From positions 1 to 64,000 of IMG/VR virus record IMGVR_UViG_3300027608_000021: DNA of 64,000 nucleotides. One strand, written 5' to 3'. This document shows, piece after piece, positions 1 through 9,712 of this stretch (position 1 is its first letter; each line of letters starts with the position of its first letter). The position numbers and the translations under genes were made by a program. The notes beneath the pieces are model-generated. The model made no database searches, had not been told where the DNA came from, and saw nothing but the letters and a program-made list of their open reading frames with translations. Source of the stretch: a virus.

Positions 1-89
1 AAAGAAGTTTAACCTTATGGACGCAAAGATCCACAAGTTCGGAAAGAGCAAGAGGGTTCAGTGTCCCTTCTGTTCGGAATGGATTGAGT

Positions 90-476
90 ATGCTAAAGCC
101 GTACGATGAGGGCGAAGTCCTTCGTATTGACAGCATTGTATATTCTTTAGACGGCGACATTGACTACCTCAAGTTTCTGATTGCTGAGCAGCCATACATT
201 CGCAGCGCGATGTTGGCGACTAGCCCACCGACTGATCCAGATGAATGGACTGGTCGCTACCCTACTACCATCGGCAACGCGCTGCACTGCGACCTGATTG
301 AGTTGGAGGCGTGGATGGAGACGCTCTCCCCTAACGACCGATACATCCTTACTGAGTGGGCAAACCGCCAGAAGGCGAAGCCATACTTTGCAGCCGCTAA
401 GATCCGTCGCGTCAAGCACCTGATTGGGAAGTTCCCTCAGGCTCGTCGCGGACGAAAGAACCGAAATGCGAAATAA
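90..476 (+). CDS. hypothetical protein
   Basis: ORF conserved in second copy (57298-57681). Confidence 0.8.
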   Translation: MLKPYDEGEVLRIDSIVYSLDGDIDYLKFLIAEQPYIRSAMLATSPPTDPDEWTGRYPTTIGNALHCDLIELEAWMETLSPNDRYILTEWANRQKAKPYFAAAKIRRVKHLIGKFPQARRGRKNRNAK

Positions 477-669
477 CTTTGCAGGCGATGCCGCGTTGAA
501 GTTTATGTATGAGAAGTATTTGGAGGATCGTGAGAACACAGGCAAGAAAGTAAGTTTCCACAAATGGCTCAAGACACGAGGCATCCTCTCTCCAGACGCG
601 GAGCAGATGATTCGCCAGAATGAATTTCCTATGAGCGAAGATGGATTTGAAGGGGAGGAGAAAGCATAA
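466..669 (+). CDS. hypothetical protein
   Basis: ORF conserved in second copy; TAATG coupling to next gene. Confidence 0.75.
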   Translation: MRNNFAGDAALKFMYEKYLEDRENTGKKVSFHKWLKTRGILSPDAEQMIRQNEFPMSEDGFEGEEKA

Positions 670-1763
670 TGGCTAACAGCGGATTCTTTTGGAACCAAGA
701 GGTTGTCAAGAAACTTCTGACTCTGAACAAGGAGCAGTTCCTTAGTGAGTACCCAGAAGTTACGAAGCACGCCTATCGGCAACGATTGGCAGAGGAGTTG
801 AAGGGTATGAAAGACAAGGCGAAGGTTGCGGTAGTAGATGTTTCGCTGGCTCAGGTTCACCACGAGATTGCTCCTGTCACGCCAGTCAAGTACTCGTACA
901 TTGACAAGATCGGTAAGCCGATTGAGAAGCGTGGCGAGATCGTCGTTGCGGCTGGAGACTTCCAGTTCCCATTTGAGGATCCAGATGTATTCGCTGGCTT
1001 CCTCACATTCCTTGCCACCGAGAAGCCTGACCGCATTGTGCTGACTGGTGACATCCTTGACCTGACCAGCGTCTCCGCATTTGAGCGAGACCCTCGTCTT
1101 GGTCTGCCTGTGCAGGACGAGTTGAACCACGCCCACAAGCGTCTGGCTGAGATCCGTGCTGCTGCTGGTAAGAAGGCAAAGATCTTTTTCATCTACGGCA
1201 ACCACGAAGCGCGCTTCTCCAAGTGGCTCGCTCGTAAGGCTCCCGACCTTGTTGGGCTGCACGATGCCAACGGCGTAGAGATGCTCTCGCTGGCGAATCT
1301 CTTGCGACTTGATGCGCTGGATATTATTCCGTGCATTGACAATGCTGTCTCGTATAGCGGACCTGAGCATCTGCGTTCGTACTACAAGATCACCGAGGAT
1401 CTGATTGCGACGCACGGCACTTACTCTCGCACCGCTGGTGGCGCTTCGTCCATTATTCCTATTTGTGAAGCGGCGGGCGTTTCCGTTGTCGGCGGGCACG
1501 ATCATTCGCAGGGTATGGCGTTCCGAACAATGGGTGGATTCGCCGAACTTGAGGAGAAGCGGATGGTCGCCATCTCCACAGGGATGATGTGCCGACGCAC
1601 CGAACTGGGCTACCTCGCGCAGCATCAGGTTGCTCGCTGGGCTGCTGGCTTTGCGGTCATTGAGTTGTGGGGTGAGGGTGCTGGCGAATGGCAGCCTGAC
1701 TTCGCTTCGTGGACTGGCAACGCGCTGGTCTGGCGCGGCAAGCGATACGCGGGGAAGCCGTGA
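669..1763 (+). CDS. calcineurin-like metallophosphoesterase
   Basis: GD(FQ), GDILD, GNHE, THG and GHDH motifs. Confidence 0.9.
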   Translation: MANSGFFWNQEVVKKLLTLNKEQFLSEYPEVTKHAYRQRLAEELKGMKDKAKVAVVDVSLAQVHHEIAPVTPVKYSYIDKIGKPIEKRGEIVVAAGDFQFPFEDPDVFAGFLTFLATEKPDRIVLTGDILDLTSVSAFERDPRLGLPVQDELNHAHKRLAEIRAAAGKKAKIFFIYGNHEARFSKWLARKAPDLVGLHDANGVEMLSLANLLRLDALDIIPCIDNAVSYSGPEHLRSYYKITEDLIATHGTYSRTAGGASSIIPICEAAGVSVVGGHDHSQGMAFRTMGGFAELEEKRMVAISTGMMCRRTELGYLAQHQVARWAAGFAVIELWGEGAGEWQPDFASWTGNALVWRGKRYAGKP

Positions 1764-2320
1764 AAGCAGGTAAGCGTGATAGCGGAATGCTCCGCGATCC
1801 ATTTGGTAATCCGCTTGTGAAGCAGGAGTCCAAGTCCACCGACGAACAAAAGAAATCAAAGCGTGCACTCCTGCGCCGATCCAAAGACGCGGAGCGAGAG
1901 TTTGCTCGCTGGCTCACAGACAAGGATGGCTTTGATCCGAAGTACCGAAACCTTACATCGTCCACTGGTCGCATCGGGCAGATCACTGGTATTCAAGCAG
2001 ACATCCTTTCTATTCATTATATCGGTGAGGCGAAGAACGAGAAATTCCCGCTGAAGTGGCTACGCTACTGGCACAAGATTGTTAGCAAGGGTGCGGAGTG
2101 GAAGAAGGATTCAATTCTTATGATCCTCCCGCCCAACCGATCCGAGGTAGATGCAAGGCTACCAGCACTCCATATCATTACGCCAGAGCGACACGCTGAA
2201 CTGCTCCGCAAGGAGAAGTACTACGATGACCACGATGGTGATGCAGAGGCAAAGTTTATCCAGCCTATCAACCCTAACCCAGTTACTAAGATCGCAAAGG
2301 AGTTAAAGAATGGCAAGTAA
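1760..2320 (+). CDS. PD-(D/E)XK nuclease, Holliday-junction resolvase-like
   Basis: EREFA...ADI...GEAKN motif; GTGA overlap with upstream stop. Confidence 0.6.
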   Translation: MKAGKRDSGMLRDPFGNPLVKQESKSTDEQKKSKRALLRRSKDAEREFARWLTDKDGFDPKYRNLTSSTGRIGQITGIQADILSIHYIGEAKNEKFPLKWLRYWHKIVSKGAEWKKDSILMILPPNRSEVDARLPALHIITPERHAELLRKEKYYDDHDGDAEAKFIQPINPNPVTKIAKELKNGK

Positions 2321-2507
2321 GAAGCCAGCAAAGATCGCGGTGAAAGAGGCGAGGTCATCTCGCCCATTCCCACTAAAACTTTGCTACAAGTGCGGCAAGA
2401 CTATTGTAGCGGCGAAAGATTATCTGACGGTTCTGGTGATTAACCGAAACGATCAGAGTCGTTCTAGCCGCTATCAAGATTGCCACCGCGCTTGCATCAA
2501 GGTTTAG
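2310..2507 (+). CDS. small Zn-finger protein
   Basis: CxxC...HxxC; conserved in copy 2. Confidence 0.7.
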   Translation: MASKKPAKIAVKEARSSRPFPLKLCYKCGKTIVAAKDYLTVLVINRNDQSRSSRYQDCHRACIKV

Positions 2508-2995
2508 GCTCCACGCCCATCCAGTTGCGGGTGAGACGGGGCACCGCCGTACTCGTGACGACGCTTGTAGTTGTACTTGCGATGGTAAAACAAATGCTTG
2601 CACACAAGCGCAAGTGCGCGGCTCACATCATTGCGATCCCATCCCTCAATCATAATGCTGCCCTGCTCCGCTTGCGACGCTGGCAGGATGACGACATTCC
2701 CGACAAGGAATGACTGGACATCCAACTCGTGAAGGAGAGCGCTGGCATTACGATTGAGCGGACTGATATGCTCCCACAGAGCCTCAGGGTCGCCATAAAT
2801 ATTTATCCGCATCCCTTTGCTTGGGTCTACGATTTCAGGCAGCCAGACATTGCGGTATAGAATCCCAGCATCTGGCGCTGTGATTAGCCCCTTGATCGCG
2901 GTGATCCAGTCCTTGTGCGTTGCTTGCTGCTCCTCCGAGAACCGAGCCACCTCTGGCTCGCTCATTGCCCCCATATATATTCCGTACTTGCTCAT
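2504..2995 (-). CDS. hypothetical protein
   Basis: AGGAGG SD; conserved in copy 2 (59715-60206). Confidence 0.75.
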   Translation of the reverse strand: MSKYGIYMGAMSEPEVARFSEEQQATHKDWITAIKGLITAPDAGILYRNVWLPEIVDPSKGMRINIYGDPEALWEHISPLNRNASALLHELDVQSFLVGNVVILPASQAEQGSIMIEGWDRNDVSRALALVCKHLFYHRKYNYKRRHEYGGAPSHPQLDGRGA

Positions 2996-3005
2996 CTCTC
3001 CTCCT

Positions 3006-3260
3006 TTACTGATACATTCTTGCGGCGTTCTTGCTGTGATGCGATCCTTTTTCAAGCAAATCCTTTACTTCTTGGCTATTGCCGTCCTCAACGAACGCAA
3101 GGTATGCGTCCCCATAAGCGACAGCCGCCAGAAGCCAAGCGGTCACTGCCTTTCCGTTACCATTGTCTTGCTCAACTTTCGCCGACTCGTAGCACGCAGC
3201 CGCACGACGCTTGAGGAACTTTGGAAGTTTTTCGTTCTGTTCATCCATATACTTATCCAT
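3006..3260 (-). CDS. hypothetical protein, absent from copy 2
   Basis: AGGAGG SD, 84-aa ORF filling the gap between neighbours. Confidence 0.7.
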   Translation of the reverse strand: MDKYMDEQNEKLPKFLKRRAAACYESAKVEQDNGNGKAVTAWLLAAVAYGDAYLAFVEDGNSQEVKDLLEKGSHHSKNAARMYQ

Positions 3261-3271
3261 ATCTCCTCCTT

Positions 3272-5431
3272 TCATTCTCCGATTATCCCACGCTGGGTAA
3301 GTTTACGCAAGAGGCTCGCCATCTTGACTGGCAACTCCGACGGATCGGCGCAGTCAATGAACTCTGGGTACATCTTGCGATTGTCATCGTCCGCTCCGTA
3401 CGCACCGATGCCCACACCGATGACGATGCCGCCCTCCTTGCGGATTGACTCCACAAGATCCTTGACATTCTCAGCGACCGCTCCGTCTGTGAACTGGATG
3501 ACGACGCGCTTCTTAGCATCCACCGCCTTGAGCCGCTCCCACGCCACAGCCAGACCTTCAGCCGCTGGCGTACCGCCACCGCCCCAAGTCCACATATTAG
3601 TGAGAGCCTCGTGCGTCAGAGGATCGCTGAACTTCTTGACGATCCCGACTCGCCAGTCGGAGAATGCGTGCACCTCGTGCGGGATGCTGGAGCGCGAGAG
3701 CGCAGACGACATCAACGCAGACGCTTGCAGCGCATAGTAGAGCGGTGGAATAATCCCACGCCGACCATACATCTCCTTGCGAGCAGCCCCTAGATCAAGT
3801 TTATCTTTGTGCCCATTGGCGATCCAGTCCTGCGCTAGTCGCAGTACTGAACCCTCGTGCGTGTTGAGAGCCTCTGCAAAGTCCTTGAGATATTGTGTGT
3901 GAGCCGCGCCCTCTGTCATTGAACCACTAAGATCCACCGACAGAATGAATGCGCTTCCACCGCTGCGACCAGTATCTGGCTCGCGGAATATATCCATCTT
4001 GCCAAGCGCAGCCTGTGATGCACGGCGTACATCTAGACGACCAGTCCTCTCAAACGATCGGTGCTTACGCCCCGCCTTTGTCTGAGAGAATGTTCGCATC
4101 TGCAGAGCCAGCGCATTTGCATAGCCGCCGATACCAGCAACGAGATTTGCAGCCGCTGCTTTATCCTGCTTGACTGACTCCTCCGATGAGGCGTAGTACT
4201 CGTTGCGCTTTACTGGCACAACAGTCACCGATGCTCCGTCATAGCCGACCTTGCCGCTACCGATAGAGATCTTGACCCGACCATACTCATCACCGATGCT
4301 CTCAAGATCCAAGTCCAACTTGTTGAGCGGACTGGTACTACGATTGGTCGCTGGGCTAATGTTTGTCTGTGGGGCGTAGGTGGACTGCTCCACATTGTCG
4401 CTCCATAGAGTTGCCTCTGGCTTCAGCGCATCCAACTTCTTGACGAGGCTACGAGCACGGCGACGGATTGAATCGCTTGTCGCTCCACCCACCACCTTGT
4501 CGTTCTTGCCATCCGAGTTGATTTCCCTGCGTGAGTCGCTAACTTGCGTCTCGCCTCCCATACGCTGAGAAGCCTCACCCTCGTGGCGACGCTCATCCGC
4601 ATCGTAGGTTGTGCTTTCAGTCTCCATGACTTGCGCTGTGCTTGGATTGCCGCCCGACGCTACTCCTCGTGCAGACTGCCCATTTTGAGCATCCTGATTA
4701 GCGGCACTAGGAGCCTCGCGTCCGCTCTGGGGGTCACCAGATCCCACTCCCTGACCCTTCGTGCCTCCTCGTGGCTCCTGCCCCCCTCCACGACCACCCT
4801 CCATCTGGGGAGCAGCCTCTGGATTCGCCTTTGCCTTGCGACCACGGCTGGAGATCTGCTCAGCCACCTCGTCAAAGAGTGGGAACACCCGCTCTACGAT
4901 TGGCAGCAACTCCTCTGTTGTCTTAGCGGCTCGTGCTGCATCACGCAGACCTGAGTCGCGGAACTTCTTTGCCAACTCCCGCGCTCGCGGCTTGAGAATC
5001 TGTGAGTCGTATTCATATCCTGCCACCTCTAGATACAATGACTTGATTGCTTGAATGATCCACGCTTCACCCTGAACCTGAGGGATCGTCTGATCTACAA
5101 GGTTACGCTGGAACTGCACGCGCAGACCACGCTTCTTGTGGAATGACTTGCGCTCCATACGCCCATCCTCAAGAGAGTTTAGAATCATCATAGTACCTTC
5201 ATCCAAACGGCGACCAGCCGTAGGTGAAGTGCTCGTGATATGCAGAGCCTCGTGCGCTGCTAGATCCTGAGCGTATGGCGAACCGACTGGTAGACTGACC
5301 ACGCGCTGGGGAATGTGTGTGTTGGCTCCGTGCTCAATGTCACGGATGACAACTTGATCACCACTACTCCCAGCGAATGCGTCAATGTACTGAGCCAACT
5401 GGTTGCGATTGAAGCGGTACTTTTTAGGCAT
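3272..5431 (-). CDS. VWA-domain protein (CobT/NorD-like partner of MoxR ATPase)
   Basis: N-terminal HEALH and NSLEDGRME, low-complexity linker, MIDAS DLSGSM...GGTP...FTDG. Confidence 0.85.
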   Translation of the reverse strand: MPKKYRFNRNQLAQYIDAFAGSSGDQVVIRDIEHGANTHIPQRVVSLPVGSPYAQDLAAHEALHITSTSPTAGRRLDEGTMMILNSLEDGRMERKSFHKKRGLRVQFQRNLVDQTIPQVQGEAWIIQAIKSLYLEVAGYEYDSQILKPRARELAKKFRDSGLRDAARAAKTTEELLPIVERVFPLFDEVAEQISSRGRKAKANPEAAPQMEGGRGGGQEPRGGTKGQGVGSGDPQSGREAPSAANQDAQNGQSARGVASGGNPSTAQVMETESTTYDADERRHEGEASQRMGGETQVSDSRREINSDGKNDKVVGGATSDSIRRRARSLVKKLDALKPEATLWSDNVEQSTYAPQTNISPATNRSTSPLNKLDLDLESIGDEYGRVKISIGSGKVGYDGASVTVVPVKRNEYYASSEESVKQDKAAAANLVAGIGGYANALALQMRTFSQTKAGRKHRSFERTGRLDVRRASQAALGKMDIFREPDTGRSGGSAFILSVDLSGSMTEGAAHTQYLKDFAEALNTHEGSVLRLAQDWIANGHKDKLDLGAARKEMYGRRGIIPPLYYALQASALMSSALSRSSIPHEVHAFSDWRVGIVKKFSDPLTHEALTNMWTWGGGGTPAAEGLAVAWERLKAVDAKKRVVIQFTDGAVAENVKDLVESIRKEGGIVIGVGIGAYGADDDNRKMYPEFIDCADPSELPVKMASLLRKLTQRGIIGE

Positions 5432-6419
5432 TTGCCACCTCCTCTACAACAGGCTGGCTCTCATCGTCGCCAGCGAACGCATCCAAGAACAACTTGTGCA
5501 CGACAGGACGATCCTCGCCGTTGATCTTATTAGTGAACGCGATCTCTACTGCAGACATAATGCTGATGTCTGTTGAGAGCAGCGCGATGTCAATGGCGCG
5601 GCGGGTACTAGCCGTCACGAACATTGAGAGCGGCTGCTGCTTGACCTTCTGAGTCTCTGTGCCGTCATCGTTCTTGATTGTCTCAAGGACTGGCTCACCT
5701 AGACCAGCAGCACGGCGCACGCTGTTGAATACCTCAACGATCCGTGTTGCACGAGAATGCTTGATCTTGCCAGCACGAGAGACGACTGCCGCTTCCTTCT
5801 CAGGATTCTCTAGCCCAAGATACGACACCTCAGCCACAATGAAGCGGTCAAGGGTTGCCTCGTTGAGAATGCGAGCACCAGCGTACTGCCCACTATCGGC
5901 AGGGTTCGCCGTTGCCACCAACATAAACGCTGGATGCGGCTCAATGTACTCTGCACCATCTGGCTTCTCATAGATATTGAGTCGGTACTCCGTTGCCAAG
6001 AAATCGTGCAAGCGCATCAGCGTTCGCTCGTCGGCAGCGTTGATCTCGTCAAGAACAATGATCCCACCATTACGCAGAGCCGTAGGGAGCGCACCATCAC
6101 GCCACTCCACAGCGATGCCGCCATTACCAGATACAGGGATCGGCATACCAATCAACTGATCCGTCGTCGTGCCTTCAGCCAGCGAGACAACATAGACAGG
6201 CAGCCCCATCTTGTTGGCGAACCAACGGACAGCAGCATTCTTACCAGTCCCAGTATGCCCACTCAGCAGTACAGGACGCTTGTGCTTGAACCCAAGAGCG
6301 AGAGCCGTAGCCTCCTCGCCCTGAATCTCATAGTCCTCAGGCTTAGGGATTAGATGCTCCCCACCTGAAATCTGTGGCTTCTCCAACGAGATGCCGTGAA
6401 TCTGTACTTCATTTCCCAT
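5424..6419 (-). CDS. MoxR/CbbQ/CobS-family AAA+ ATPase
   Basis: Walker A GHTGTGKN, Walker B VLDEIN, ATANP, LNEATLDRF. Confidence 0.9.
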   Translation of the reverse strand: MGNEVQIHGISLEKPQISGGEHLIPKPEDYEIQGEEATALALGFKHKRPVLLSGHTGTGKNAAVRWFANKMGLPVYVVSLAEGTTTDQLIGMPIPVSGNGGIAVEWRDGALPTALRNGGIIVLDEINAADERTLMRLHDFLATEYRLNIYEKPDGAEYIEPHPAFMLVATANPADSGQYAGARILNEATLDRFIVAEVSYLGLENPEKEAAVVSRAGKIKHSRATRIVEVFNSVRRAAGLGEPVLETIKNDDGTETQKVKQQPLSMFVTASTRRAIDIALLSTDISIMSAVEIAFTNKINGEDRPVVHKLFLDAFAGDDESQPVVEEVANA

Positions 6420-6524
6420 ACTCCACCTCCTCCATACTGCGGGGCAGCCGAATGACTACCCTCCCAACATATACCCTGAACCCTAACAGACCTGATTTCC
6501 ATTTCCTCTTTACCTTTCCATTAC

Positions 6525-6837
6525 TAACGGCTGGTTTGTGGGGGGTGCACTCTTACTACAAAGTCCCCACCGACCAATCTTGAGGCTAATGAACCAAAGG
6601 TTCGCCCCAGCAGAAGTAGTCTGTGCATAGCATCTGCCACCTTGCTATTGGAATGACCCCCTTTGTTGGCGACCTTTCACCGAGAGCGGCGCATCTGGCT
6701 TATCTAGAATCCACCAGACACTATTGCTCAGGGTTACCACGAGTCCCCAGAGGCTCATCCCCAGACATAGAGAACCTTACGATCCTCTGGTGAGTGGGGT
6801 GTTCTAAGTCCCACTCACCAGAGATCCCATCAGCCCT
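6525..6837 (-). ncRNA. candidate large structured ncRNA (~310 nt)
   Basis: No credible ORF; conserved at 63460-63770 with compensatory and G-U-consistent changes in several stems; box promoter upstream. Confidence 0.7.
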
Positions 6838-6964
6838 ACCATATACCCTAAACCCTAACATACCTATTCGTTGCTACCATATACCCTAAACCCTAACACA
6901 CCGCTATGACCCTACAACCTAACACACCTGCGATCTGCGATTTATTCACAGATTATAAATATTT

Positions 6965-7162
6965 CTAAACCTTTAGTCCGTAACGCCTTAGATCTTTCTT
7001 TAGATTCTGCACGGCTCGCCCATCGCTAGGCGTGAACGACGAGAATACCTTTGCTCCAGTCGGAGAGACCCACGACAGGTGTGTGTTCTTTCTCTGCTCC
7101 ACGCGCCAGCCCTGAGCCACGGCAATATCAAACAAATCCCTGTAAACCTTTGGCACTCTCAT
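6965..7162 (-). CDS. HicA-like (dsRBD-fold) small protein
   Basis: GW-V...H...SPTG..V..S.TPSD.RA..N...LRR.G pattern of phage HicA-like proteins; conserved in copy 2. Confidence 0.6.
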   Translation of the reverse strand: MRVPKVYRDLFDIAVAQGWRVEQRKNTHLSWVSPTGAKVFSSFTPSDGRAVQNLKKDLRRYGLKV

Positions 7163-7299
7163 TTGATAGCCGCCCAAATGATCACACCAAAAGTAATGAT
7201 GGCGCAGACCAGAATCGTTCCGTCCTGCCGTGCTCGTGTAGTACGAGCCTCCCTCACATAATATGACTCAATGTTGCGTACCTTCTTGCGCGTCCTCAT
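7159..7299 (-). CDS. 46-aa membrane protein
   Basis: Read manually: MRTRKK...LVCAIITFGVIIWAAIK; GGAGG SD, ATGA overlaps at both ends. Confidence 0.6.
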   Translation of the reverse strand: MRTRKKVRNIESYYVREARTTRARQDGTILVCAIITFGVIIWAAIK

Positions 7300-7661
7300 T
7301 CCAAACCTCCTTGCTCAATGTCCAAGTAGCGGGACTTCTTGCCCACTACGAAATCTAGTTGTGTCTGCAACCGCTTTGCCTCATCTATCTTTAGACGGAT
7401 CGGCATCAAGTCATCAGCAAGATCACGATTGTCTTGTGGGCTTGAGACCCAGATCGTCACGAGTGCATCCTGCCCAAGAGCATTCTGCTCGTCAAAGTCT
7501 GCGTCCACCCAGAGCGAGACCTGACCTACCACACCAACGAACGGATCGCTGTGTGTCGGTACTTCCTCACCAAACGAGAACACATTCTTATCGTTCTCTT
7601 GTCGCTCAATCGTTGCGTGAACTGATTCCTGAATAACTAGCGGGAAATCCTTTGCATTCAT
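7296..7661 (-). CDS. hypothetical protein
   Basis: GGAGG SD; operon packing. Confidence 0.7.
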   Translation of the reverse strand: MNAKDFPLVIQESVHATIERQENDKNVFSFGEEVPTHSDPFVGVVGQVSLWVDADFDEQNALGQDALVTIWVSSPQDNRDLADDLMPIRLKIDEAKRLQTQLDFVVGKKSRYLDIEQGGLE

Positions 7662-7663
7662 AC

Positions 7664-8419
7664 TCAACCTCCGATGCTCATAAAGCCTTCGTCATTCCAA
7701 AGGCGCATTCCGTTGTCGTAATATTCCTTGCTGATCACTCGCTTAGGGTCGTCCTCCCAGAATGGATCAACCTCAATGGTCTCCCCATCTTGGACATCAG
7801 CCTCCCAATACCCTTCGTCCGTGCACTTGCCGCCGATAAAGGTGGACTCGCCGATGAATCCCATCCCCATCTCTGCAAACTTGATATGCACCACGAGATC
7901 AGGATACCTCTCAGACAGAGCCTGAACAATACGCATCGGTGGAGACCACGCCGTATCAAATGATACGAACGCAGATTTGTTGTGTGCCCTAGCATTCACA
8001 TCATCTCCGCTGACGCTCCACTTTGTTCCCCAGTTGGCGATATTCCAGTTCCACCAGAATAGTGGATGCTCTCCAACCTTGATGCCCAAGTGATCAGGAC
8101 AACGCTCTACAGCAGACCCGATCTCGCTGGCAAATGATCCGTCAATCTTGGCGTGATCCTTGATCGGTGGCTTGCCATTGACCAGCCACTCCCCATTAGG
8201 AGCCTCGCCGACATAGACAGGCACGCACTCGCAACCGACATAGCCGTGCTGCGATGGCTCACCACGATAGATTTTCTGATCGTCTGGATCAGATGGCGGT
8301 GGCACAATCTTAGCGAAGTCAAAGACGGAATGCTCCGACTTGATCCCCTCCATTACTTGAGCGATTCTGTCGCTGCTACCAGCCGTTATTGTGATCTCGT
8401 TGCCGCACCAGTTAGGCAT
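7664..8419 (-). CDS. DUF1281/YubB ferredoxin-like family protein
   Basis: MPNWC.N, WN..NWGTKW and FDTAWSPP signatures. Confidence 0.8.
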   Translation of the reverse strand: MPNWCGNEITITAGSSDRIAQVMEGIKSEHSVFDFAKIVPPPSDPDDQKIYRGEPSQHGYVGCECVPVYVGEAPNGEWLVNGKPPIKDHAKIDGSFASEIGSAVERCPDHLGIKVGEHPLFWWNWNIANWGTKWSVSGDDVNARAHNKSAFVSFDTAWSPPMRIVQALSERYPDLVVHIKFAEMGMGFIGESTFIGGKCTDEGYWEADVQDGETIEVDPFWEDDPKRVISKEYYDNGMRLWNDEGFMSIGG

Positions 8420-8616
8420 TAGAACCTCCCCTTATTGCTATAATGATTGCGAAGTGTCTGATCAACCTTGTCGCCGATCAGCAGGATTACACCAAGCAGA
8501 CCAAGACCAGCCAACCCTCCGACGATTACGCCGAAAGCGTTGTTGCCGTTCAGACCTGCGATGAAACCACCTCCGATAATAAACCCGAATGCTACTAGCG
8601 TGTCCTTCGTATCCAT
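8419..8616 (-). CDS. small two-TM membrane protein
   Basis: Gly-rich hydrophobic segments; box+SD upstream. Confidence 0.7.
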   Translation of the reverse strand: MDTKDTLVAFGFIIGGGFIAGLNGNNAFGVIVGGLAGLGLLGVILLIGDKVDQTLRNHYSNKGRF

Positions 8617-8683
8617 CTCAAACCTCCTTCTCTACTTGATGAGGGGACTTCCCTCACCATATACCCTAAACCCTAACATACCT

Positions 8684-9094
8684 CTATTCCCAAACATACT
8701 CTAAGTTCGTCGGCTCAGTCCAACCAAACTTGTAATAGTAGTCAGGGTCTTTACGGAGCAGATTGCTACGATGCGACTCGTGAAAGTCCTCGCGTCCTAA
8801 CCACGGCGGCACTACCATAGCCGTCTGGTAGTCGCGGTACGCCAGAATCTTGGCGAAGCAAGTGTCCTTGTACCCTCGCTCAATCCACTCAGTACAAATA
8901 CTCAAGCCGTAGACCACAAGGCAGTTCTCATACCCACGCCACATCTTTGCAGCGGGATGATTCACCCACCCCTTAGTCTCACCATTTAGAGCCTTGAGCA
9001 GTTGCAGCACCTCAACGCGCTGCTTGCCTAGTCTCTGTCGGTCAAGAACCTTCGCCGACTTTGTGAAATCGTTGTACGGCAGAAATGTTTGCAT
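8684..9094 (-). CDS. pyrimidine-dimer DNA glycosylase-like (DenV / MSMEG_6728 family)
   Basis: MQTFLPY, RLGKQRVE, NHPA..MWRGY, HRSNLLRKDP. Confidence 0.8.
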   Translation of the reverse strand: MQTFLPYNDFTKSAKVLDRQRLGKQRVEVLQLLKALNGETKGWVNHPAAKMWRGYENCLVVYGLSICTEWIERGYKDTCFAKILAYRDYQTAMVVPPWLGREDFHESHRSNLLRKDPDYYYKFGWTEPTNLEYVWE

Positions 9095-9510
9095 CAGTCC
9101 CACCACCAGATAACTTCATCGCCACGAATCTCAAACTCGTCCGCTCCAAGATTTGCACCTCGTAGCGCAGCGAGAGTCAGCGTCTTTGAGTCTCCGTCAG
9201 GCGTAGAGGCACACAGACCCTCAACGCTAAGCCGTGCGTCCTTGCGCCCTTGACCGACAACATACCCGATGAAGTGGACATCTAGTCCCTGCTCCATTAG
9301 TTTGCCAGCCTCAATCAGAAGCATCGGCAGACCAATAAAACTATTCCATCGTGTAATATCTGCCAACTCAGGCGCAGCCTCAATCGCAGCGATCAAATCG
9401 TCCACCGATACATTTGAGAACCTTCGCAGCCCACCACTCCAGTCGCCGTCAAAGTTCCCGACGAGCGCATCCTCAATACGAGAGACCGCCAAATCCTTAT
9501 CCTCAGACAT
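9094..9510 (-). CDS. hypothetical protein
   Basis: SD; C-terminal WWWD; coupled to next gene. Confidence 0.7.
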   Translation of the reverse strand: MSEDKDLAVSRIEDALVGNFDGDWSGGLRRFSNVSVDDLIAAIEAAPELADITRWNSFIGLPMLLIEAGKLMEQGLDVHFIGYVVGQGRKDARLSVEGLCASTPDGDSKTLTLAALRGANLGADEFEIRGDEVIWWWD

Positions 9511-9712
9511 TATCCACCTCCTCGTCTAAATCCTCAAACCCAGAGACCAGAGCCTCCCCGACAATCTGTCGTGGATCGGCATCGTAAACTACATTAGCCG
9601 CTCGGTCAATAACCTTGTCGTCCTCTTGTAGCACGATAACATCTAGCCCCTCAATATCTGTCGTTGCCTCAACGACTAGACCACCACGAATCTGAATCAC
9701 TACTACTGGCAT
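9503..9712 (-). CDS. hypothetical protein
   Basis: Box+SD upstream. Confidence 0.7.
   Translation of the reverse strand: MPVVVIQIRGGLVVEATTDIEGLDVIVLQEDDKVIDRAANVVYDADPRQIVGEALVSGFEDLDEEVDNV

Noticed and set aside
147-1868. 573-aa minus-strand ORF
   Set aside because: Antisense shadow of real plus-strand genes; broken into pieces in copy 2
2817-3737. 306-aa plus-strand ORF and other overlapping shadow ORFs (e.g. 41738-42703, 47376-47852)
   Set aside because: Opposite to motif-bearing genes; explained by codon bias or low complexity
6525-6837. tmRNA, RNase P RNA or group I/II intron
   Set aside because: No tRNA-like ends, no GAGGAAAGUCC, no domain V, and no interrupted gene
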